Positions 39,151 to 48,060 of a DNA stretch of 64,000 nucleotides are shown here, piece after piece. Under the pieces are notes generated by a model, which was not told the origin of the DNA, did no database searches, and saw nothing but the letters and a program-made list of their open reading frames with translations. Where the stretch lies: positions 3,711-67,710 of the forward strand of contig CAMJDL010000007.1 of assembly GCA_946404405.1 (NCBI GenBank), read 5' to 3'. The number at the start of each line of letters is the position of its first letter. Positions within the stretch are counted from its first letter, which is position 1. This DNA comes from an uncultured Prevotella sp. Its GTDB lineage: Bacteria > Bacteroidota > Bacteroidia > Bacteroidales > Bacteroidaceae. A program made the position numbers and the translations under genes.

Positions 39151-39540
39151 ATGTTAAAAGGAATACTAGGTTTTGTGCTATTTATTTTCTTCGTTCTCGT
39201 ATTCATCGGCATCCTGATAGGAGGTCGCATCTACAGTACGATACAAAAAGCCAAGAAAGCTGTCCAACAGGCTGCCGAGCAACAAGAACAGCAACGACGT
39301 ACTGAGACGGGACGCCAACGTCAGCAGTATAGCCAACGTCAGCAGTCACATAGTGCCCCAAATGCCCATTCATCCCAGAACACCTATTCAGACCAAAGAG
39401 AAGAAGACTACCAGCCCGAGGCCCGTCGCACTCAGACAGCCACTGGCGAGACCATTATAGATAATCGCCATCAAGAGCGCGAAAACAAGAAGATTTTCGA
39501 CGACTCCGATGGCGAATACGTAGAGTTCGAGGAAGCTTAA
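39151..39540 (+). CDS. Small membrane-anchored protein (DUF4834-like)
   Basis: N-terminal TM, Q-rich linker, C-terminal KIFDDSDGEYVEFEE, follows pssA. Confidence 0.7.
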   Translation: MLKGILGFVLFIFFVLVFIGILIGGRIYSTIQKAKKAVQQAAEQQEQQRRTETGRQRQQYSQRQQSHSAPNAHSSQNTYSDQREEDYQPEARRTQTATGETIIDNRHQERENKKIFDDSDGEYVEFEEA

Positions 39541-39557
39541 CTTTCAACTTTCAGCGT

Positions 39558-40268
39558 TCAATTGTGCACTAAAGTGCCAATTTCCTCACCATCCATCACT
39601 TTCTTCAGGTTACCTACGACGTCCATATTGAACACGTAGATGGGCAGGTTATTGTCCTGACACATACAGATAGCAGTCAGGTCCATCACCTTCAAACCTC
39701 GCGCGAGTACCTCTTTATAAGTAATTGCATCAAACTTCGTAGCCGTCGGATCCTTTTCGGGGTCAGCGGTATAGACGCCATCCACACGCGTGCCCTTCAG
39801 CATCACGTCAGCCTCAATCTCGATGCCACGCAGGCTGGAACCCGTGTCTGTCGTAAAGTAAGGTGAACCCGTGCCAGCCGAGAAGATGCAGACATAGCCA
39901 GCCTCCATAGCCTCAATGGCCTTCCACTTGGTATAGAACTCGCCGATGGGCTCCATACGGATAGCTGTCAGCACCTTGTTCTTCACACCTACTGCACCCA
40001 ATGCTGAGCTGAGTGCCAGCGAGTTGATCACCGTAGCACACATACCCATCTGGTCGCCCTTCACGCGGTCGAACCCCTTCTGGCTTCCACTCAGTCCTCG
40101 GAAGATGTTACCACCTCCGATGACAATGCCTATCTGTACGCCCATCTCACTTACTTCCTTAATCTGGCGCGCATAGTCGCTCAGTCGCTCAGGGTCGATA
40201 CCGTAACCCTGCTTACCCATCAGACTCTCGCCCGAGAGCTTCAGTAGAATTCTTTTAAATCTTGCCAT
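39558..40268 (-). CDS. pyrH: Uridylate kinase
   Basis: RILLKLSGESL, VIGGGNIFRG, PYFTTD and VDGVYTADP. Confidence 0.97.
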   Translation of the reverse strand: MARFKRILLKLSGESLMGKQGYGIDPERLSDYARQIKEVSEMGVQIGIVIGGGNIFRGLSGSQKGFDRVKGDQMGMCATVINSLALSSALGAVGVKNKVLTAIRMEPIGEFYTKWKAIEAMEAGYVCIFSAGTGSPYFTTDTGSSLRGIEIEADVMLKGTRVDGVYTADPEKDPTATKFDAITYKEVLARGLKVMDLTAICMCQDNNLPIYVFNMDVVGNLKKVMDGEEIGTLVHN

Positions 40269-40280
40269 AATCTCTAATTA

Positions 40281-41051
40281 TTATATGATAAAACTTACTT
40301 CCTTAAATGCGTAAAGTCGTTCCTGACCTTCCTTATCCACGAGCAAAAGCCTGCCATCGGGCAAAACATCCGTCAGCGTTGCAGTAAAACAACTTGTTTT
40401 ATCCTCGTAGAAGGCATACTTTCCTCTCCTATATAGCATACTTTTGTAGGTAAAACAAGTTGTTTTGCTGTGGTAGGTGACGTCGAAAGCACGAAGGAAA
40501 GCCTGCAACAGTTCCTCAAGGTCAGTTTCCTTACCCGTTAACTGCCGTATGGAAACAGGATTGGGGGCATCGCTTTTGAACGCCGTTTGATTGACATTCA
40601 ATCCAATACCAATGATGCTTTCCTTAATAACATTACCTTGTAACCGGTTCTCTATCAGAATACCACAGATTTTTTTATCACCCACATAGATATCGTTAGG
40701 CCATTTTATCTCCACCTTATTATTTATATATGCCTGCAACGTCTGGCATAATGCCACTGAGACAGCCTCCGTAATCCGGAATTGTTCATTAGCGGCAATA
40801 TCCATGGGATGGATAAGCATTGAGAACAGCAGGTTCTTGCCCCTTTCGCTCTCCCATGTATTCGTGCCACAGCCACGCCCTGACGTCTGAAAGTCAGCCC
40901 AAACAACCATGTTTTCTGAAGCCTTAGGGTTCGGGGGCTGAATCCTTAGGGTTTGAGCCTCGCAGCCTAAGGCTTCAGCCTCTCGAGCCTTAGCCTTCAG
41001 CCAATGGTTCGTAGAATCGGTCTCGTCGATATGTATGATTTTCCATTCCAC
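40281..41051 (-). CDS. birA: Biotin--[acetyl-CoA-carboxylase] ligase (no HTH)
   Basis: DSTN, QTSGRG, IKWPND, KICGILIE and GIGLNVN, GTG start. Confidence 0.92.
   Translation of the reverse strand: MEWKIIHIDETDSTNHWLKAKAREAEALGCEAQTLRIQPPNPKASENMVVWADFQTSGRGCGTNTWESERGKNLLFSMLIHPMDIAANEQFRITEAVSVALCQTLQAYINNKVEIKWPNDIYVGDKKICGILIENRLQGNVIKESIIGIGLNVNQTAFKSDAPNPVSIRQLTGKETDLEELLQAFLRAFDVTYHSKTTCFTYKSMLYRRGKYAFYEDKTSCFTATLTDVLPDGRLLLVDKEGQERLYAFKEVSFII
40918..41002. repeat. Four degenerate 22-bp-period repeats inside birA
   Basis: CCTWAGSS cores at 40922, 40944, 40966 and 40988. TGAAGCCTTAGG and CCTAAGGCTTCA form an internal inverted repeat. Confidence 0.7.
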
Positions 41052-41119
41052 GATGCAAAGATAACAAATAATTCCTAATTCTTAATTCCTTATTCCTGAT
41101 TTTTTCGTATCTTTGCATC
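41052..41119. promoter_or_regulatory. Symmetric back-to-back promoters for birA and tadA
   Basis: TATCTTTG-CATC-GTG on minus (41063-41049) and TATCTTTG-CATC-ATG on plus (41108-41122), separated by a TAATTCY heptamer array. Confidence 0.7.
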
Positions 41120-41563
41120 ATGGAACAACAAAACAAAGACGATCAGTACATGCGCAAGGCACTGCAAGAGGCACAGGCTGCCTACGACGAAGGCGAGATT
41201 CCCATTGGTGCCGTCGTCGTATGCCAGGACCGCATCATTGCCCGTGCCCATAACCTCACAGAGACCCTGCACGACGTGACAGCCCATGCCGAAATGCAAG
41301 CTATCACGATGGCTGCCAACGAATTAGGCGGTAAATATCTCACGGATTGTACCCTGTACGTTACGGTAGAGCCCTGTACAATGTGCGCAGGCGCCTTAGG
41401 GTGGAGTCAGATTCCCCGCATCGTCTATGGTTGTCGCGATGAGAAACGAGGCTTTTCGGATTATGCTCCCCACGCCTTGCATCCCAAATGCACCGTCACA
41501 GGTGGTGTACTTGAAGATGAGTGCCGACAACTGATGCAAGATTTCTTCAAACAGAAGCGATAA
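41120..41563 (+). CDS. tadA: tRNA-specific adenosine deaminase / nucleoside deaminase
   Basis: GEIPIGAV, AHAE and LYVTVEPCTMC. Confidence 0.88.
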   Translation: MEQQNKDDQYMRKALQEAQAAYDEGEIPIGAVVVCQDRIIARAHNLTETLHDVTAHAEMQAITMAANELGGKYLTDCTLYVTVEPCTMCAGALGWSQIPRIVYGCRDEKRGFSDYAPHALHPKCTVTGGVLEDECRQLMQDFFKQKR

Positions 41564-41567
41564 AAAG

Positions 41568-41606
41568 TAAATCGGGAAGCATTCAAATGAATTGCTTCCC
41601 GATTTA
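41568..41606. terminator. Bidirectional terminator
   Basis: TAAATCGGGAAGCA ... TGCTTCCCGATTTA 14-bp inverted repeat between convergent genes. Confidence 0.75.
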
Positions 41607-41633
41607 TAGATAATCAACTGAGGCAGAATCGGC

Positions 41634-42311
41634 CTACATGTGGCTGGTTATGAAGGTGAGCACCTGACTGAGACTCTCCTCATTCTTCCACTTAATCTTG
41701 TTCTGCTTTTGGAAGTCCTTCCACTCTTTCTGCCCATCAGCATTCAGCACGCTCTCCACACTCTTTTTGGAGGCTTCTATTTGCTTGCCACCAAGAATAA
41801 ACAAATACTGTTTCTTCAAAGGAATGTCTCGACCATCGTTCTTTTCCTGTAACATACGCCCGAGTTCAGGGTTCTCCAGTCCCCCCAGGTCAAGTGATGA
41901 CAGGTCGCGTGATGACGAAGAGTTCAGACTGGCACCATAGGCACCTGTACTAGTGAAAAGGGCATCAAAGTCGGCCTTGGTCAATTCCACAAGCAGATTC
42001 GTCTTATCCACAGCTACGATACGCACCAACTTATGGTCGCTATAGATGTAGGCATCAGGACCTATCTCCACACGGATTACATCCTTATCGTTAGAAGTAA
42101 ATATACGCCCATCATCCGTTAGGTAATGCAATACATTACCCAACAGGTGAATATTAAGCTGAGCCTTAGTTTTCTTGTTTCCATCAAAGAAGATGGTACC
42201 TTCTGTGAAGTTCTCATAGACATAAGGCCACTTGGTATTGGGACTATACTTCTGTGCGCTGACTGTCAGTGCAGTAGTGACCAACAATAGTAAGACAATT
42301 ATCTTTCTCAT
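41634..42311 (-). CDS. Secreted hypothetical protein
   Basis: Signal peptide MRKIIVLLLLVTTALTVSAQ, 11 nt downstream of the C10 peptidase, no recognised motif. Confidence 0.75.
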   Translation of the reverse strand: MRKIIVLLLLVTTALTVSAQKYSPNTKWPYVYENFTEGTIFFDGNKKTKAQLNIHLLGNVLHYLTDDGRIFTSNDKDVIRVEIGPDAYIYSDHKLVRIVAVDKTNLLVELTKADFDALFTSTGAYGASLNSSSSRDLSSLDLGGLENPELGRMLQEKNDGRDIPLKKQYLFILGGKQIEASKKSVESVLNADGQKEWKDFQKQNKIKWKNEESLSQVLTFITSHM

Positions 42312-42322
42312 ATCTGATATTA

Positions 42323-43897
42323 TTACTTAACCATTACCTTACGTGCAGTCACTGAACCGTCGTTAGAACGCTGACGAACAATGTTTAGACCCTTCTGTGG
42401 AGTTTGCAACTGACGACCGTCAACCGTATAGAAAGAAGTCTCAGCGGCATCAGCAGCCGTAATGCTGACAATACCTGACGAACTGACAACACTGATGGTG
42501 AAATCGCGTGTCAGTTCATGACCGTTCTCATTATTCTTTGCAGTAATAGAGAACGTCTGCGTCTTACCCGCTTTGTCCGACAAGTCCTTGGTTGTCACCA
42601 ATTGCATGTTCTTGACCTCAAAAGGAGGTGTAGTTGCCTTATGGGTGATGGGATTTACAGGACCTTTCAGCGTAAACGAGTAAGTGGGATTGGTAGCCTC
42701 ACTCTCCACGATTACGTCAGCAACTACAGTGCCTACAGGAGCTGTAGCAGCAACCTTAGTTGACGACAGGATAATATCCATAGGATATTGCGACGGAGCA
42801 CGCACACCAATAACGGCTTCATGTCCCGCTGTATAATTCATATCCATAGCAGCATCCTTCAGACCATCAAGTCCGAAATAGGCGTTACCATGGCCACCCC
42901 ATCCCCAGTTAAGATGGAAGAAAGAACCATCCCAGCCATCGAGGTTGAAACAATGGCCGTAACTCTTCACAGGATCATTTCCGGCATAGACGACAGCACG
43001 TCCCTCCTGCAATTCTCTTACCAAGAGTTCCTGCCAGTCACCTCCTGCTGCCTCATAGCTTGCACGATTATAGTAAATGACAGATTGAGGATACTTGAAA
43101 TAAGTCTTCAAGGCATTGGCAACAGTAGAAGTATGGGCACCTGAGCCATCCAGTCCGTAGTCCATTGTCACACTCATACCGCAGTGCCAGAGTAAACGAG
43201 CTACATCGTCTTTATTGTTGGCTCCAGAGAGGATATCTGCCCAATTGTATGCAGGCTCCTCATCATAGTTCACCGACAGCCATCCAAAGGTTTTATGGTC
43301 ATACTCTTTCTTTCCTGTGGCATGATCCGGCCACTGGGCTACGCTCATAGCCTGAGCCATACCTACTGCCACACAGCCAACATAAGCATGCTGTCCGCTT
43401 GTTGTTGCTGGACAGTATTTCCAATAGGAACCATTTTGGTTCCAATTAACAGTAATCAGAGGTGCCACTTTATCAGAACTGGCTCGTCTTTGTACTTTTT
43501 GCGAGCGACCATCTACAGTCTTCCAGCCTGTATGTGGTTGCACTTCTGCTAAATTATCTATAATGTTCTTGCATAAACCATCCAAATGTCCCTTCATATT
43601 ATCCGGCATATTCTCGAAAGGATAATCACCTGTTGGTGAATAACCAATAAGTGGTGCTGATGTGTCGTCTGCTGAAATAAGTGCCCAACCCTGCGGTACA
43701 AACTGTACCACATAGTAGGCGCGCCGGCCTTCGTACTCCACAGGAGTTACCGATGCCACAGTAGCATTGAAACCGTCAATACGACTTTCCATCAGCTGGA
43801 CAGCTTTTGTGGCTGCAGTTTGCAGGTTGACTTCCTTGGCTTCAACACCTATAGTCAAGGCCATTAGAATCAAGAAAGCAATAGTCTTTTTCATCAT
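42323..43897 (-). CDS. C10 family cysteine peptidase (streptopain/interpain-like) with prodomain and T9SS-like CTD
   Basis: GWALISADD..PLIGYS prodomain, WNQ, VGCVAVGMAQ catalytic Cys, GHCFNLDG..HLNWGWGG catalytic His, CTD YTVDGRQLQTPQKGLNIV. Confidence 0.92.
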   Translation of the reverse strand: MMKKTIAFLILMALTIGVEAKEVNLQTAATKAVQLMESRIDGFNATVASVTPVEYEGRRAYYVVQFVPQGWALISADDTSAPLIGYSPTGDYPFENMPDNMKGHLDGLCKNIIDNLAEVQPHTGWKTVDGRSQKVQRRASSDKVAPLITVNWNQNGSYWKYCPATTSGQHAYVGCVAVGMAQAMSVAQWPDHATGKKEYDHKTFGWLSVNYDEEPAYNWADILSGANNKDDVARLLWHCGMSVTMDYGLDGSGAHTSTVANALKTYFKYPQSVIYYNRASYEAAGGDWQELLVRELQEGRAVVYAGNDPVKSYGHCFNLDGWDGSFFHLNWGWGGHGNAYFGLDGLKDAAMDMNYTAGHEAVIGVRAPSQYPMDIILSSTKVAATAPVGTVVADVIVESEATNPTYSFTLKGPVNPITHKATTPPFEVKNMQLVTTKDLSDKAGKTQTFSITAKNNENGHELTRDFTISVVSSSGIVSITAADAAETSFYTVDGRQLQTPQKGLNIVRQRSNDGSVTARKVMVK

Positions 43898-43929
43898 TAT
43901 TATTAATACTTTTGTATTTTAAGCCAATA

Positions 43930-43984
43930 ATCCTCTTCCTCCCCATGCCTCCCGAAGAGGGAGTGCATGAAGAAAAAGAGGATT
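43930..43984 (-). terminator. Long imperfect hairpin between the lipoprotein and C10 peptidase genes
   Basis: ATCCTCTT..CATGC.CTCCC-gaaga-GGGAG.GCATG..AAGAGGAT. Confidence 0.55.
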
Positions 43985-43998
43985 AATATTAGAGATAA

Positions 43999-45648
43999 TT
44001 ACTTGCTAAACTTCTTATTCAGTTTACTTTTCACACGAATAGTCTTTGCAGTCTTCTTTGCAGCTCTCTTGGCAGCGGCAGCAGCCTTAATCGGAGTAAA
44101 CTTAGTAGTATGAGCAATCTCAAACCATCCAAGGCCACTTGAGAAGTCCTCGGTATAGGCATATATACCCCATACTACGTCAGCTTCCATAGTACCATCT
44201 GCCTTAACAGTAAATGGAACAGGTACTTCCTCTTCAGTCTCGTTTTCTGCATTATAGAATACCAAACCATACGTAGTACCCTTACTATTGGTATACATTC
44301 CAACAAGCTGACCATCTTCTATGTAAATTTTGCACTCATCCAAGTCATAGTGTCCTTGCAATTGAGAGCCCTCAAGATAGAAGTCTTTAATCAATAGGCC
44401 ATTAGGATTAGCATCGCTTGGGGCCAATTCAATGTTGAAAGGACCAAGGTCGATAGCCTCATCGTTGTAAGTAATATTGCAATTGAAAGTACCTGCAGCC
44501 ATTTCCTTAGTCATGACAAAGCCCTGTTCCCAGTAAACTTTATCAGAATTATAAGCTGCATTACCGTTACCAAATGCATCCTTGAAGACACCCTCAGCGA
44601 TTGCAACAGAGACAATGTCACCTGGCTGAGTTGCTTCGGGCAACATGAAGGTTACCTTCTTAGTTGAGAAATCATCAGCAACACCGAAGTTAATCTTTGC
44701 CTTTGGCAACTTATAGCTGGCAGAGCGACTATTGCCAGTATAGGTAACAACAAAGTCACCATCCTTAACATCATCCTCAATAACATAAACTTTCTCTGCG
44801 AACTCAATAACACCCTCAAATTCTTTCCATTTCAGGAAGGTACTTCCAATCGCAGGAGAAGTAAACTGGCTGTCAGTGATAGCCCAAGTAGTTTGAGGAA
44901 CATGAATCCAAAAGCCTTGGAAAATATCTTCAACGGTCTGAGCCTCAGGATTAACACTTGATATAAATGAGCCACAAGCGTTGCCAACTGCATCTACAAA
45001 GGCACCGGCCTCCCAAGAGAAGAGCACATAAGCACCAGCAGGAGCATCAGTAGCAGTAAGCTGAGTCACTTTGCCACTAATCTGGACGTCAACGTTCTCT
45101 GACTGTACAGGGTTCTCGAAATCATACTCCTTGTAGAATACGGCAGTTACCTTACCTTCACCCCTGAAAATATTCTGGTTGAACTGTACAAGATAAGCCT
45201 TGTTAGCAGCAGATGCCTGAGCAGCTGTTGGTGTTGGAGCACCAGTATCACTGGTCTTAATGCTGGCTGAAGCCACCTTACCAACAATACCCTTCTCATT
45301 ACAAGCCGAAGCATACACATAGTAAGTGGTGTTAGGCTCAGCAGTCTTGACATTGATAGTCGTATCAGGCTGGGCGCTAACTTTCAATACGGTGTTACCA
45401 TATCCACCCTTAATCAGAGTTGCAGAATCAACTGATACAGGAGCTGTGCTAATAGCATAAGCATAGTATGTAGCCCCTGCAGCTGGAGTGATCTGGATAG
45501 TGAAAGCTGAGTCAGTAGGCATGGCGGAAGCTATAGAAACAGCAACCTCAGGACCTACGCCATAGTTCTCAGTGGTGGCATCGTCCCATTTGTTACAGCT
45601 CGTAAGGGCAAGGACTACCAATGCTAAACTATATATAAGTTTCTTCAT
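43999..45648 (-). CDS. Surface lipoprotein with FN3/Ig-like domains (SusE/F-position gene)
   Basis: Lipobox LTSC, EPNTTYYVYA FN3-like motif, basic Ala/Lys-rich C-terminal tail. Confidence 0.75.
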   Translation of the reverse strand: MKKLIYSLALVVLALTSCNKWDDATTENYGVGPEVAVSIASAMPTDSAFTIQITPAAGATYYAYAISTAPVSVDSATLIKGGYGNTVLKVSAQPDTTINVKTAEPNTTYYVYASACNEKGIVGKVASASIKTSDTGAPTPTAAQASAANKAYLVQFNQNIFRGEGKVTAVFYKEYDFENPVQSENVDVQISGKVTQLTATDAPAGAYVLFSWEAGAFVDAVGNACGSFISSVNPEAQTVEDIFQGFWIHVPQTTWAITDSQFTSPAIGSTFLKWKEFEGVIEFAEKVYVIEDDVKDGDFVVTYTGNSRSASYKLPKAKINFGVADDFSTKKVTFMLPEATQPGDIVSVAIAEGVFKDAFGNGNAAYNSDKVYWEQGFVMTKEMAAGTFNCNITYNDEAIDLGPFNIELAPSDANPNGLLIKDFYLEGSQLQGHYDLDECKIYIEDGQLVGMYTNSKGTTYGLVFYNAENETEEEVPVPFTVKADGTMEADVVWGIYAYTEDFSSGLGWFEIAHTTKFTPIKAAAAAKRAAKKTAKTIRVKSKLNKKFSK

Positions 45649-45675
45649 AATTCTTTAGTTTGATAATGGTTTAAA

Positions 45676-46560
45676 CTATTTCTTCAAAACGACACCAGCC
45701 TGGAAAATGTTATACCATCCGCCACTTGTGCCAGCATCATCAGTGTAAACATGAGAACCGAACCAGTCTTGGATTGTGATTGTTCCATTTTCATCGATGA
45801 GACCAGTAATGTAACCACCGGTAGGAATATCTTCTTCACCTTCTTCACCATAGAAGCCTTCCAGCAGGATATGTGGGTAAGAAGAGCTGACTGCAATCTC
45901 CTGACCAACTGGGATGTGAATTTCAGTATGGTCTTCATTAACAACACCATAAACTGGTGACGAAGCACTTGAACCACCATTTACTAAGTTGGTAATCCAA
46001 ACCTTATTCAAATCGGTGTCGTCCTTACCGAAGGTAACCTGCCATTCCTCTTCTCCATTGAAATAAGAAGGACCAACAGCAGTCATAGTACCGAGGATGA
46101 ATGAGAGCGGATGCTCGTCGTCCTCAATAGTAACAACACATGACTTGCTAGCACCAAGAGATGCGCCCTGGGCATTCGACAGTTTAATAGTAAACTTAAC
46201 GTCACCTCCAAAAGTATTATTATCGATAGGTTCAATGATAATGCTCTGAGAAGGAGCATCCTTGGTAAAGGTCAGAGTCTTTGATGCATTACCCAATTTG
46301 TAATTAACGCCCTCAACAGCACCTTTTACAGAATCAGGCTCAATGACAAAGTCTACTGAACCAGAAATACCACTCAAAGAAGTCAACATAACAGGAATCT
46401 CAATAGCCTTTCCTGCATTTTCAGCTACAGATGCTGAACTTGTCTGAATAGCTACGAAAGCATCACCGTCACTGAACGAAGGCAACTCGTTCTTGACACA
46501 TGAAGCCAGCATCAAACCAGCAGCAGCAATCAGTCCGTATGATAATTTAAATATCTTCAT
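45676..46560 (-). CDS. Lipoprotein with a Calx-beta-like domain
   Basis: Lipobox LASC, SVAENAG..AVEGVNY..TLTF..IDNNTFGGDVKFTIKL..VTIEDDE. Confidence 0.75.
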   Translation of the reverse strand: MKIFKLSYGLIAAAGLMLASCVKNELPSFSDGDAFVAIQTSSASVAENAGKAIEIPVMLTSLSGISGSVDFVIEPDSVKGAVEGVNYKLGNASKTLTFTKDAPSQSIIIEPIDNNTFGGDVKFTIKLSNAQGASLGASKSCVVTIEDDEHPLSFILGTMTAVGPSYFNGEEEWQVTFGKDDTDLNKVWITNLVNGGSSASSPVYGVVNEDHTEIHIPVGQEIAVSSSYPHILLEGFYGEEGEEDIPTGGYITGLIDENGTITIQDWFGSHVYTDDAGTSGGWYNIFQAGVVLKK

Positions 46561-46597
46561 AATTGTATATTTTCAATTTTTCTGATTATCAATTCTC

Positions 46598-48025
46598 TTA
46601 ATAGCCAATGTTTTGTTCACAGTTGGGGTTAGCATCCCTCTCATGCTTAGGAATAGGCATAGCCCACTTGTAGTCACCAGCCTTGATGTCCTTATTAACT
46701 GAGCCATCGAAGTCAGTACGGACGAGATCCTTGCCTGTACGAGCATAGTCATAGACAATATGTCCTTCGAACATCAGCTCCTTACGACGCTCGTCGAATG
46801 TGTTGAACTGGGCGGGAACAGTAGCACCACGCTTGTTGGCAATAGCCTCCAAATCACCACGTGCGCTGACACCTGGAATAGAAGCACCGTTTGAAATAGC
46901 CTCTGCACGATTCAGATACATCTCAGAGAGACGCAGAATAGGTACATTGGTCCAACGGGGAACACCACCCTCCTTACCCTTGTACTTGGTGATGAGGTAG
47001 TCGTTCTCGTTCTTCTCAAAGAAATTCAGACGGATATCGCCTTCCTCATACATCTTTACCAAATCCAAGGTAGCACAAACGTCGCCAGAGCCATCGTTAC
47101 CATTGCCCCAACTTGTGATGTAAGGCAGGTGAGTCCAACCTGACTCATCCCAATACTCGTTCTTATTGCTGCCAAACAGCTGGAAGATAATCTCACCTCC
47201 AGCAGGAGCAGTCTGTGCAGAATACATATCGACATAAGCATCGCCACTGAGCAGTGAATACTTACCGCTATTGATAACCGCGGTAGCATAGTCAGCAGAC
47301 TTCTGCCACTCGCCCATATAAAGGTAAACGCGAGACAGGAGAGCCTGGATAGCAGTCTTGGTGGCAGCAGCAGTCTTGTCGCTGATGTCAGCACGGGCAT
47401 AGTTGTCAGCCATAATTTTCTCAGCCTCGGTCAGGTCCTTCAGAATCTGATCGTAAACCTCACCGATTGTGTTACGTTTGGGCTGACCAATCTCAGTCTT
47501 CGTGATAACGGGAACACCGATGGCATCTCTACCAGCCTGTGTATAGGGCTGAGCGTAAGTGATGACAGCATCGAAGTGACAGAGGGCACGCATAAACAAT
47601 GCCTCAGCCTTCAGATTATCCAAATCCTGTTGGGTATGTCCTTGGAACTCTTTACCCTCCAGGTTTGTAATCACGTTACAGCAGCGTGCAATCGTGTAGT
47701 AAGCGTATGCCCAGCAGCTACTGGTACTGCTCTCACTATAGTTCCACTGCGTATCATTGCGATAGCGGCCAGAGCCAGGAATAGAAAGAGGGTTCTTGGC
47801 ATTGCCGGCACGCAACTCTGACTGCAGGATGAACTGACCGTCATACCATGAAGCACTCTGCATCATCGAATAAAGTCCAAGCGTAGCCTGATCAAGACCA
47901 TCGTAAGTAGCAAAGGTAATCTCATTACTCTGCTTCATCTTGGGCTCTTCCTCCAAGAACTTGCTGCAGGAAGAAAATACTCCAGCCACAAGTGTCAGTG
48001 CAAGTCCAAATAATATCTTTTTCAT
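46598..48025 (-). CDS. SusD/RagB nutrient-binding lipoprotein
   Basis: Lipobox FSSC, EALFMRALCHF, VYDQILKDL, ALLSRVYLY, LRLSEMYLNRAEA and ERRKELMFEG. Confidence 0.95.
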   Translation of the reverse strand: MKKILFGLALTLVAGVFSSCSKFLEEEPKMKQSNEITFATYDGLDQATLGLYSMMQSASWYDGQFILQSELRAGNAKNPLSIPGSGRYRNDTQWNYSESSTSSCWAYAYYTIARCCNVITNLEGKEFQGHTQQDLDNLKAEALFMRALCHFDAVITYAQPYTQAGRDAIGVPVITKTEIGQPKRNTIGEVYDQILKDLTEAEKIMADNYARADISDKTAAATKTAIQALLSRVYLYMGEWQKSADYATAVINSGKYSLLSGDAYVDMYSAQTAPAGGEIIFQLFGSNKNEYWDESGWTHLPYITSWGNGNDGSGDVCATLDLVKMYEEGDIRLNFFEKNENDYLITKYKGKEGGVPRWTNVPILRLSEMYLNRAEAISNGASIPGVSARGDLEAIANKRGATVPAQFNTFDERRKELMFEGHIVYDYARTGKDLVRTDFDGSVNKDIKAGDYKWAMPIPKHERDANPNCEQNIGY

Positions 48026-48060
48026 ATTGCTTATTTCTTCTTTAAAAATGTAAATGATGA

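Noticed and set aside
39310-39350. GCCAACGTCAGCAGT duplicated in the DUF4834-like gene
   Set aside because: Ordinary in-frame 18-bp duplication in a Q-rich disordered linker.
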